DNA from: Bacteroidales bacterium
GTDB lineage: Bacteria > Bacteroidota > Bacteroidia > Bacteroidales > VadinHA17
Assembly: GCA_963676175.2 (NCBI GenBank)
Contig: CAXXWV010000002.1
Span: forward strand, 132,081-196,080
Length of the DNA: 64,000 bases
Direction: 5' to 3'
Each line of letters starts with the position of its first letter. The stretch's first letter is position 1. The translations under genes and the position numbers were made by a program. This document shows positions 28,559 to 37,892 of this stretch, piece by piece. The notes under the pieces are model-generated. The model searched no databases and was not told the DNA's origin. It saw only the letters and a program-made list of their open reading frames with translations.

Positions 28559-28623
28559 ATGGTAAAAGCCCGTTTTGGATTATATAAGTAATGTATATTA
28601 AATAAATTTTATTCAGATCGTGT

Positions 28624-29736
28624 TCATAACCTGATCATGATCTTTTTCCTGTACAGGATAAGAGCCACGATCCACATCAGAAGCACCTGAACAACAGCAA
28701 ACAACAGACTTCCGTTAAGGTTACCGGCTACCGGTACACATACTTTCTCATAAAACCAGGTGTAAAAACTTATCTTCTCAGTACCAGATGGTATTTTTAT
28801 TGTATAAAGCATCAACTTGGTCCATAAAGCAGTTAATGCAAAAGTGAAGATTGCATTTGTACCGAAAATAACAAAGAAAGTTCCCCATACCTTGAATTTG
28901 AGCACGTCAGCAATAAGATAAATTACTGCCAGTACCAGTGTTGCTATTCCCCCAGTGTAAAGAACATATGAACTGGTCCAGAGTGGCTTGTTTATCGGGA
29001 AGATCATTCCCCATAAATAACCCAGACCTGTCAGGCCGGCACCAATAAGCAAAAGCTTCAAAACAGTTTTTCCGCTTGCGGCGCCTTTTGAAACCTGGTC
29101 ACCCATAAAATATCCAAGTATCACAGTTCCAATAGCAGGTATAGTGCTCAAAAGACCTTCAGGATCAAAAGGAATACCAAATCCTTTATACATATGATTC
29201 TTTCCCAGAACAGCAAGATCGATCTGAAGAGCAAAGTTATCTTTAAGGCTATAAGGATCTGCCCCACCGAAAAAGGCCAGAAGAGCCCAGTATCCCAGAA
29301 GAAGGACAGCCAGAACAATCCATAAATACTCCTTGCGAACAGACATGCAGATAATTGCACCTATTCCATACGCAATGGCAATACGCTGCAGCACTCCCAT
29401 AATTCTGAGAGTGGAGTAATCACGGATAAAATTCGGGAAAACAGTTAGAAACATTGCGACCGCGAATATTGAAACGGTACGTCTGAATATTCTGAAAACC
29501 GAACTGCCGTTCAGTTCATTCCCGTATTTTTTTAACGAATAAAAAGTCGATACCCCTACAATAAACAGAAAGAAAGGAAAAACCAGATCTGTAGGCGTAC
29601 ATCCATGCCATTCCGAATGCCTCAAAGGAGGGTAAACATAATTCCAGCTTCCCGGAGTATTGACTATTATCATAAAGGCAATGGTCATCCCCCGGAAAAT
29701 ATCGAGAGATACCAGTCGTGAGCTGTTCTTTGCCAT
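28624..29736 (-). CDS. HGSNAT/DUF5009-like transmembrane acyltransferase
   Basis: 370 aa with about 10 TM segments. The N-terminal RLVSLDIFRGMTIAFMIIVN motif is typical of heparan-alpha-glucosaminide N-acetyltransferase-like proteins. Confidence 0.7.
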   Translation of the reverse strand: MAKNSSRLVSLDIFRGMTIAFMIIVNTPGSWNYVYPPLRHSEWHGCTPTDLVFPFFLFIVGVSTFYSLKKYGNELNGSSVFRIFRRTVSIFAVAMFLTVFPNFIRDYSTLRIMGVLQRIAIAYGIGAIICMSVRKEYLWIVLAVLLLGYWALLAFFGGADPYSLKDNFALQIDLAVLGKNHMYKGFGIPFDPEGLLSTIPAIGTVILGYFMGDQVSKGAASGKTVLKLLLIGAGLTGLGYLWGMIFPINKPLWTSSYVLYTGGIATLVLAVIYLIADVLKFKVWGTFFVIFGTNAIFTFALTALWTKLMLYTIKIPSGTEKISFYTWFYEKVCVPVAGNLNGSLLFAVVQVLLMWIVALILYRKKIMIRL

Positions 29737-29878
29737 AGTTAAGTGAAATTTCTGCGTAAAAGTAATAATTAAAGACGACTATGAAAGATTTTTACAAATA
29801 TGGTGAGGCGGATCTTAATTATATGGCAGATTGAGGAGAAATGCCACTCCATGATGCTGCGCTAAAACCTAAATTACG

Positions 29879-29886
29879 TACTTTTG
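29879..29886 (+). promoter_or_regulatory. candidate -7 promoter box (TACTTTTG)
   Basis: TAnnTTTG match 42 nt upstream of the ATG at 29929. Confidence 0.4.
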
Positions 29887-29928
29887 GATCACGACCTGAA
29901 TAAGAACAAAACCGAAAAACTTCCTGTA

Positions 29929-32880
29929 ATGAAAAAAACAAAAAACAAGATCCTGTCGCTTTTATTTACCATAATCATTTCCGCCCCTGCGGTAGCACAA
30001 AATTCTGAACCGCCATTCCTGAAATATCTCGATCACCCCTGGGTCGACTCAGTAATGAAGACACTTACTACAGAGCAGCAGATCGCTCAATGTATCTGGG
30101 TAGCAGCATGGTCAGACAATAATATCGAAAACCAGGTTGAACTCAGTGAAATGATTAAAAAATTCGGGATAGGCGGCATAGTCTTCTTCCAGGGAAATGC
30201 TGAAAAACAAGCAGTACTTACCAATTATTACCAGAAAATCACAAAGGTCCCACTGGCAATAGCTATGGATGCTGAATGGGGAGCAGGAATGAGAATTGAA
30301 AATGTAGAGAAATTTCCATATCAGATGACTCTTGGTGCAATCAGGAACGATTCCCTGCTTTACAGACTGGGGGAAGCAGTGGCAGCACAATTCAAAAGGA
30401 TGGGAATGCAGATCAATCTAGCACCGGTAGCCGATATTAATGTCAACCCAAAGAACCCTGTAATAAATTACAGATCGTTCGGCGAAGAAAGGGAGAATGT
30501 TGCCGGCAAAACAATTATGTACATGCTGGGAATGCAGAACAATGGGATTATGGCAACTGCCAAACATTTTCCAGGACACGGCGACACAAATGTCGATTCA
30601 CATCAGGACCTCCCGGTAATTTCCCACTCAAAAGCAAGGCTCGACAGTGTAGAGCTTTATCCCTTCAAAAAGATGATACAGGCGGGAACCGGTGGAATAA
30701 TGACTGCCCATCTCAGTCTTCCATCGCTCGACTCCACTTCGGGGCTGCCATCTACCCTGTCATCCCTTATTATAAACGATCTCCTGAAAAAAGAGCTCGA
30801 ATTCAAGGGGCTGATCATCACTGATGCCATGAACATGAAGGGAATCACAAAGTATTTCAAGGACGGTGAAGCAGATGCGAAAGCTCTTGCTGCAGGTAAT
30901 GATGTGATTGAATATGTTATAGATCCCGCATCAGCCATCAGTGAAACAATGGCTTATATTAAATCGAAAAAGATCAGCAAAGCCGATATTGCAGATAAAT
31001 GCAGGAAGATTCTCGCGATGAAATACTGGGCCGGACTGTCCGGCTCACATCCGGTGGAAAGGAACAATATTCTGCCCGACCTTTCCCCTGACAGAACCAG
31101 GGCTCTCATCTATGATCTCTATTCGGATGCGCTGACAGTACTGAACAACAAGGACAGCATAATTCCTGTTAAAAAACTCGATAAGATCAAAATAGCAACC
31201 GTGGCCCTTAACAGTAAGGAAATCACTTCATACCAATACAGACTCGCGGATTATAATACTGCCGATCATTTTACCGTAAATACATCTGTAACTGCTGTTT
31301 GCGATTCTGTCCTCAAAAGATTGAAAGAATATGACCTGGTTATTGCCGGCGTGTTCGGACTCGATCAGAGACCATTTATGGATTTCGGAATAAAGCCCGG
31401 TCTGGAGACATTTATTGATAAACTTTCAGGGCAAAATAAAACAATTATCACATGGTTCGGAAATCCTTACGGAATTGCCAGGGTAACATCAATTCAGAAG
31501 GCCGATGGTGTTGTGCTCGCATACCAGGATAATGATTATACAAGAGATCTGTCGGCCCAGCTGATTTTCGGAGCACTAGGCGCTAAGGGAAAACTTCCGG
31601 TTACTATTAATAATAAGTGGACTGCAGACTATGGCATAGCGACAACTGGCGGTCTGAGACTAAAATACGGTGTCGCTGAAAACGCTGGTTTATCATCAGA
31701 GAAGCTGAAACGAAAAGTTGACTCAATTGCGCTGGCCGGACTGGACGCAAGAGCATATCCCGGATGTGAGATTATGATTGCCCGTAAGGGAACAGTTATT
31801 TTCAGAAAATGTTATGGCTACCATACCTATGAGAACAGGACTCCGGTAACAGACGCCGATCTCTTTGACCTTGCTTCTGTCACCAAGATATCCGCATCAT
31901 TGCCCGGCTTCATGCTGCTGACCACACAGGGCAAGTTCAGCCCCGACAAGACGCTTGGTGATTATCTTACCTATTACAAGCATTCCAATAAGGCAGACCT
32001 CAAAATGCGGGATATCTTCGCTCACCAGGCGGGTCTGACACCTTTTATTCTGTTCTGGAAAGGAACAATGAACAGTGACGGTAGTTACAGGAAAAAAATC
32101 TACAGTCATGAATATTCCCAAAAATTCTCTCTTGAAGTAGCTCATGGTCTCTATATAAGGAATGATTACAGGGACAAAATGTTCGCTGAAATAAAAAAGA
32201 GCGGACTCGGTGAAAAGAAGTACACTTATTCCGATCTGACATTCATCATGACACCCGCAATTATTGACTGTATCACCGGACAAAAATGGACCGATTTCGT
32301 GAAAACAAATATCTACAGCAAACTCGGAGCTCACGATATCGTTTTCAATCCCGATCAGAAATATCCGCTTATCAGACTTATTCCTACTGAATACGACTCT
32401 CTTTTCAGGAAACAGCAACTGGTCGGTACTGTGCATGATGAAACCGCCTCTATGCTGGGAGGAGTTTCGGGCCATGCCGGATTATTTGCAACAGCAAACG
32501 ATCTGATGAAACTGATGGAAATGTACAGGAGAATGGGTAATTATGGCGGAGAACAATTGATAGGCTCTGACGTGATGAAGGAATATACCCGAGTGCAATT
32601 CCCTGAAAATAATAACCGCCGGGCCCTGGGCTTCGATAAACCCCTGCTTGATAATGACAGGTTGTCGCAACAGGAAGCTTACCCCACAAAAGGAGCATCA
32701 CCTTCAAGCTTCGGACATTCGGGATATACCGGGACTTTCGTCTGGATTGATCCTGAATACGAGGTAACATACGTCTTCCTTTGCAACAGGGTATATCCGA
32801 CACGGAAAAGCGATGCACTGTATAACCTGAACATAAGGACTGAGATACTACAGGCAGTCTATGATTCAATTATCAAATAG
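29929..32880 (+). CDS. GH3 (NagZ-like beta-hexosaminidase) fused to a beta-lactamase-fold serine hydrolase domain
   Basis: The N-terminal half has KHFPGHGDT and ITDAMNMKG. The C-terminal half has SVTK (SxxK) and HSGYTG (KTG-like). The signal peptide starts at MKKTKNKILSLLF, so the ATG at 29929 is preferred to the TTG at 29884. Confidence 0.85.
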   Translation: MKKTKNKILSLLFTIIISAPAVAQNSEPPFLKYLDHPWVDSVMKTLTTEQQIAQCIWVAAWSDNNIENQVELSEMIKKFGIGGIVFFQGNAEKQAVLTNYYQKITKVPLAIAMDAEWGAGMRIENVEKFPYQMTLGAIRNDSLLYRLGEAVAAQFKRMGMQINLAPVADINVNPKNPVINYRSFGEERENVAGKTIMYMLGMQNNGIMATAKHFPGHGDTNVDSHQDLPVISHSKARLDSVELYPFKKMIQAGTGGIMTAHLSLPSLDSTSGLPSTLSSLIINDLLKKELEFKGLIITDAMNMKGITKYFKDGEADAKALAAGNDVIEYVIDPASAISETMAYIKSKKISKADIADKCRKILAMKYWAGLSGSHPVERNNILPDLSPDRTRALIYDLYSDALTVLNNKDSIIPVKKLDKIKIATVALNSKEITSYQYRLADYNTADHFTVNTSVTAVCDSVLKRLKEYDLVIAGVFGLDQRPFMDFGIKPGLETFIDKLSGQNKTIITWFGNPYGIARVTSIQKADGVVLAYQDNDYTRDLSAQLIFGALGAKGKLPVTINNKWTADYGIATTGGLRLKYGVAENAGLSSEKLKRKVDSIALAGLDARAYPGCEIMIARKGTVIFRKCYGYHTYENRTPVTDADLFDLASVTKISASLPGFMLLTTQGKFSPDKTLGDYLTYYKHSNKADLKMRDIFAHQAGLTPFILFWKGTMNSDGSYRKKIYSHEYSQKFSLEVAHGLYIRNDYRDKMFAEIKKSGLGEKKYTYSDLTFIMTPAIIDCITGQKWTDFVKTNIYSKLGAHDIVFNPDQKYPLIRLIPTEYDSLFRKQQLVGTVHDETASMLGGVSGHAGLFATANDLMKLMEMYRRMGNYGGEQLIGSDVMKEYTRVQFPENNNRRALGFDKPLLDNDRLSQQEAYPTKGASPSSFGHSGYTGTFVWIDPEYEVTYVFLCNRVYPTRKSDALYNLNIRTEILQAVYDSIIK

Positions 32881-32948
32881 CACCTCAGGCCGGGTTAAAG
32901 CTGTAATAAGATCATCTTACCAATTATGAAATACAGAATTGTACAATA

Positions 32949-35423
32949 ATGAAGATTACCCATTGCATTGTTGCGGTACTGATACTGACTGTATCAGCAT
33001 GCATTAACAGCCATACTTCAGATACAGGCAACATCGCGACTGAGAACCGGAAATTCACCCCTCCTCTGGATAATCAGAGGATGAGACTCTTCGATTCCGG
33101 GTGGAAGTTCGCATCCGGCGACTTCAAAGGAGCTGAAGAGCCGGGATTCGATGACAAAAACTGGCAAAGTGTCGATTTGCCTCACGACTGGAGCATTGAA
33201 GATCTGCCCGGTCAGAAGGAAAATGAAGTCATCGGGCCATTCGACAGTAAAAGCATTGGAGTATTTTATACCGGATATACAGCCGGAGGAACAGGATGGT
33301 ACAGAAAGAAATTCATTGTTGATGAATCGGACAAGGATAAGGAGATCGCTATTTACTTTGACGGAGTATATATGGTCGCGGAAGTATGGATCAACGGCAG
33401 ACGTCTTGGAATACACCACCATGGTTATACACCATTCTACTTCAGTTTGAACAGGTATCTCGAGAAAACGGGCAGGGAAAATACCGTTGCAGTTCTTGTG
33501 AAAAATAAAGGAGAAAACAGCAGATGGTATTCTGGCTCAGGAATATACAGACATGTCTGGCTAAGAGTGACAGAACCTATTAATATACCTGAATGGAGCC
33601 TTAATATTACCACGCCTCAGGTTTCTGAAGAAAAATCCACTGTTTCAGTGAAATTAACTGTGGTCAATAATAAATCTGTTCATGAGGAATTTACAGTAAG
33701 GAATACAATATATGATCCAGAGGGCAGGAAAAAAGCGACGACAGGTGTTGTTACAAAAGCATCTCCAGGAGAGAAGAAGACAATTCATCAGACTCTGACT
33801 ATAGAAAGACCATTGCCTTGGTCGGATGAAACGCCCTCGCTTTACCTTCTGCGCACAGAGATACTCAGACATGGTGAGGTAATTGATTACCTGGAAACTC
33901 CATTCGGGATCAGAAGTATCAGTTTTTCTCCTGATAAAGGTTTTCTTCTGAACGGGAAGAAAACAGTGCTCCGTGGCGCCTGCATCCATCACGATAATGG
34001 AGCACTTGGCTCAGCGGCATTTGACAGGGCTGAACAGAGAAAAATATGGCTTTTGAAGCGGGCAGGCTTCAATGCCATCCGTACAAGCCATAACCCTCCC
34101 TCCCAGAGTTTCCTGGATGCATGCGACAAAATGGGCATGTTTGTTCTTGATGAGGCATTCGACATGTGGGAACAACCCAAGAGAAAGGATGATTACAATC
34201 TCTATTTCAGAGAACACCATAAGGAAGATATTCAGTCGATGATCCTCAGGGACAGGAATCACCCGTCGGTGATAATGTGGAGTATCGGGAATGAAATAAG
34301 GGAAAGAGCCGACACATCAGGCTTGCGCATTGCCAGGGAGCTGATTGGCACAATAAAGGAACTGGACAGCACCAGACCTGTGACCATGGCAATATGTGAA
34401 TTCTGGGAAACAAAAGGCAGAAAATGGGACGATTCTGCTCCGGCTTTCAACCAGCTCGATGTATGCGGTTATAACTATAAATACGGGGAATACGAAAAAG
34501 ATCACAACCGTTTTCCGGAAAGGATAATGGCGGGAACCGAATCGTTCGCAATGGATATTTACCAGAACTGGAAAATGTCTACCGGGAAGCCCTATGTTAT
34601 CGGCGACTTTGTCTGGACCGGAATGGATTACCTGGGAGAGGCCGGAATAGGTCAGACAATGACCGATTCAACAACAATGTGCTGGCCATGGATCATATCC
34701 AACTGCGGGGATCTTGATATCATGGGATTCAAAAAACCACAGGCATATTACCGCGACGTCGTATGGAACCGCAGTCGTGTTGAAATGGCAGTGGAGGAAT
34801 TACCGCCTTCCGGTAAAACGTGGCTTATCAGAGCCTGGGGTTGGCCAAGAGAATACAGATGCTGGACATGGCCCGGGAATGAAGGAAAGATCATGAATGT
34901 CCGTGTCTATTCAAAATGCACTGAAGCTGCCCTGTTCCTTAATGACAGCCTCATATCAAAACAAATAAATGACAGCGCGGGGAGATTTACTTTCAATTTC
35001 AAATCTGTCTATAAACCAGGCATACTGAAAGCCGTTGTTTATTCAGACGGTAAAGAGGTTGCATCACAAAAGCTTGAAACTGCAGGGCCGGCAGCAAGTA
35101 TATTCATTAACCCTGACCGTAACAGGATTTCATGCAACAGAAATGACCTGGCGTATATTACCATTGAACTTCATGATGCAAACGGAAGGCTTGTTCCATG
35201 GGAGTCTTCCCGGGTAAAACTCCGGGTTGAAGGAGCTGCAGATCTGATTGGAGTGGATAACGGTGACCCGAGAAGCCCAAGAAGCTTTAAAACGAACTGG
35301 TGTAAAACATTCAATGGCAGATGTCTTGCGATTCTGAGACCTGCAGGCAGGAAAGGAGAAGTGATTGTAACCGCTTCCGCTGATAATCTGGCTCCTGTAA
35401 GCTGCAGGATCGGAATAGACTGA
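32949..35423 (+). CDS. glycoside hydrolase family 2 protein (beta-galactosidase-like), lipoprotein
   Basis: Has a lipoprotein signal (LTVSAC), NAIRTSHNP, WSIGNE and a C-terminal Ig-like region. Confidence 0.85.
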   Translation: MKITHCIVAVLILTVSACINSHTSDTGNIATENRKFTPPLDNQRMRLFDSGWKFASGDFKGAEEPGFDDKNWQSVDLPHDWSIEDLPGQKENEVIGPFDSKSIGVFYTGYTAGGTGWYRKKFIVDESDKDKEIAIYFDGVYMVAEVWINGRRLGIHHHGYTPFYFSLNRYLEKTGRENTVAVLVKNKGENSRWYSGSGIYRHVWLRVTEPINIPEWSLNITTPQVSEEKSTVSVKLTVVNNKSVHEEFTVRNTIYDPEGRKKATTGVVTKASPGEKKTIHQTLTIERPLPWSDETPSLYLLRTEILRHGEVIDYLETPFGIRSISFSPDKGFLLNGKKTVLRGACIHHDNGALGSAAFDRAEQRKIWLLKRAGFNAIRTSHNPPSQSFLDACDKMGMFVLDEAFDMWEQPKRKDDYNLYFREHHKEDIQSMILRDRNHPSVIMWSIGNEIRERADTSGLRIARELIGTIKELDSTRPVTMAICEFWETKGRKWDDSAPAFNQLDVCGYNYKYGEYEKDHNRFPERIMAGTESFAMDIYQNWKMSTGKPYVIGDFVWTGMDYLGEAGIGQTMTDSTTMCWPWIISNCGDLDIMGFKKPQAYYRDVVWNRSRVEMAVEELPPSGKTWLIRAWGWPREYRCWTWPGNEGKIMNVRVYSKCTEAALFLNDSLISKQINDSAGRFTFNFKSVYKPGILKAVVYSDGKEVASQKLETAGPAASIFINPDRNRISCNRNDLAYITIELHDANGRLVPWESSRVKLRVEGAADLIGVDNGDPRSPRSFKTNWCKTFNGRCLAILRPAGRKGEVIVTASADNLAPVSCRIGID

Positions 35424-35651
35424 CAGAATTATTCAGATGTTGCCAGTTGTTCATTCAAAGAAACAGTCAGTTGCAGGAATCACCTGTGATAAAATGACGG
35501 TATCACTGTTTGACCGTACAAATCATTTATATAAACAACTGCATTTATTGAAACATTTCAAGAATTCAGAAATAGTGTCAGCATAATAATGGTCAGGCTT
35601 TTTAATGACAAAACAGAAGGAGAGATTAACCAAAATATATTTCGGTAACTG

Positions 35652-37739
35652 ATGAAAAAATATTATAGAATTCATAGGATGGCGGCCGTAGCGCTCTTTA
35701 TGGTTTTTCCGCTGCTGTCCGGGCAGTCGCAGGATAAAAAGATAAAACAGGGAATTTCCGAATCCAGCTCCCCTGCCGGCATGAACGAGGAAAGCTCATA
35801 TCGCGACATTTACCCTGACACATGGGTTGGCAATGATGCACTTGGCCGCATAATGCCCGATTTTCAACAGGTTGGTCCCGTTAAAACCGATCAACGGCGC
35901 GTTGTGGGAATTTTTTATATTACATGGCACACCCAGGATCATTTCAGCGATTTTAAAAGCCCTTATTCCGCCGATGTGACCAAAGTTTTAAAATCGGATC
36001 CAGGTTCCAGGCTTGATGCCAGGCACCCACTGTGGACTGAAAATTCTTACCACTGGGGAGAACCGGAAAACGGATACTTCCTGAGTCAGGATGAATATGT
36101 GATCCGCAAAGATATGTCAATGTTTGCTGACGCCGGAGTGGATGTCCTGGTAATGGATGTTACCAATGCAGTCCAGTACTGGGACGAATGGGAGGTGACA
36201 TTCCGCACCATGGAAAAGATGAAAGCTGAAGGCAATAAAGTTCCGAAATTTATCTTCTGGGCATTCAACGGACCGGTGATTACAGTGGTACAGAATCTGT
36301 ATGACCGCATTTACAGTGAAGGAAAATACAAGGATCTCTGGTTTTACTGGGATGGCAAACCATTATTACTTTATAACGGATCTCCTGATTTCGACGCCAA
36401 CAGCGGAGGCAACAAACACCCTAATCCGCATTACGATGCTGCAGCAGTGACCGATCCCAAGAACCCTCATTATGGCGATCCTGATTATACTGAAGAGCTC
36501 TATAAAACTTATACCAAAGACGTCAGAAACTTTTTTACCCTTCGCTCCATGTGGTGGGGCTATTATGAATGGGGCGGAAAACGTTACGTCGGAACGGAAG
36601 ACAACTGGAGCTTCGGCTATAGCATGGCTGATCCGAAGGTAAAAGACCTGAAGCCTGAAGAACTGTTGTCAACCCATCAGGGCCAAAGAGAAGAAGCAGC
36701 AGTCACTCCTGCCCAGCACCCGGTAACCATGACCAGTGAAAATATGGGCGTCGGCAAATCATGGTCAAAAAAATATGGCGAGCCGAAACTGAATCAATAT
36801 GATGTGCCCGATTCTGCCTTTGTTCCCTGGCTTGGGAAGAAAGTAAGGGACCCTGAAGGATATGGTATCTATTTTCAGGAACGTTGGGACGATGCACTGA
36901 AAGCCAACCCGCAGTTCCTGTATATCAACGACTGGAACGAATGGACAGCAGGAAAATATCAGCCTGATGGAGGTGGAACCTTCCCCTGGCTGGGACGCAA
37001 TAATCCGTTCTATTTTGTAGACCAGTATAATTCCGAGTTCAACCGTACAGTGAGCCCCATGAAAGGCGGCTATACAGACAACTATTATATGCAGATGGCT
37101 CAGAATATCCGCCGTTACAAAGGCATTCGTCCGATACCTGAGTTGAAAGGATATTCAAAGATCAAAACAGATGGAAACTTTGATGACTGGAACTCAGTTG
37201 AAACTGAATACCGGGATACCAAAGGCGATATTGTTCACCGCGACCATAACGGGTATGGCGGCTTGCATTATACAGATAATTCAGGACGAAATGATCTCAT
37301 TACCATGAAAGTTGCTGTGGATAAGAAAAACCTGTTTTTCTATGCAGAAACCAGCAATAAATTATCCATATATTCAGACAATAACTGGATGTTGCTGCTT
37401 ATCGATGCCGATAAAAATCCTGATACCGGGTGGTTCGGCTATGACTTTATTGTGAATAAAAATATAAAGAACGGCAATACTACAACACTTATGAAATTTG
37501 ATCCGGATAAATCAGGGAACCATTGGAGAGAAATTGCCGATCTTAATTACAGATTTACAGGAAATAAGCTCGAATTAGCGATACCGCGTGCATTGCTTGG
37601 CCTATCATCGAACTCATTCACATTCGATTTTAAATGGAGTGATAATCCTGGTGATCTGAACGATCCCGTTTCTATCTGTACCCATGGAGATACAGCTCCC
37701 AACCGGAGATTTAACTACAGGTTTATATGGTCGAAATGA
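35652..37739 (+). CDS. secreted hypothetical protein, possibly a TIM-barrel glycosidase
   Basis: 695 aa with a signal peptide. The INDWNEWTAG motif is reminiscent of NEW-motif glycosidases. The family was not established by eye. Confidence 0.7.
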   Translation: MKKYYRIHRMAAVALFMVFPLLSGQSQDKKIKQGISESSSPAGMNEESSYRDIYPDTWVGNDALGRIMPDFQQVGPVKTDQRRVVGIFYITWHTQDHFSDFKSPYSADVTKVLKSDPGSRLDARHPLWTENSYHWGEPENGYFLSQDEYVIRKDMSMFADAGVDVLVMDVTNAVQYWDEWEVTFRTMEKMKAEGNKVPKFIFWAFNGPVITVVQNLYDRIYSEGKYKDLWFYWDGKPLLLYNGSPDFDANSGGNKHPNPHYDAAAVTDPKNPHYGDPDYTEELYKTYTKDVRNFFTLRSMWWGYYEWGGKRYVGTEDNWSFGYSMADPKVKDLKPEELLSTHQGQREEAAVTPAQHPVTMTSENMGVGKSWSKKYGEPKLNQYDVPDSAFVPWLGKKVRDPEGYGIYFQERWDDALKANPQFLYINDWNEWTAGKYQPDGGGTFPWLGRNNPFYFVDQYNSEFNRTVSPMKGGYTDNYYMQMAQNIRRYKGIRPIPELKGYSKIKTDGNFDDWNSVETEYRDTKGDIVHRDHNGYGGLHYTDNSGRNDLITMKVAVDKKNLFFYAETSNKLSIYSDNNWMLLLIDADKNPDTGWFGYDFIVNKNIKNGNTTTLMKFDPDKSGNHWREIADLNYRFTGNKLELAIPRALLGLSSNSFTFDFKWSDNPGDLNDPVSICTHGDTAPNRRFNYRFIWSK

Positions 37740-37892
37740 TGAAAGCCCTACCCTGCCGGCAATTCGGCTATTTTTGAATATAGATCCTCGAGTCTCAACA
37801 GATTTTCTTTACAGGCTGCAATGAGAAAGCGCTGCATCGGCTAATGATCCTTTCATCTGCTGTTTCTGCGTTATTAACGTATTGAAAGAGCT

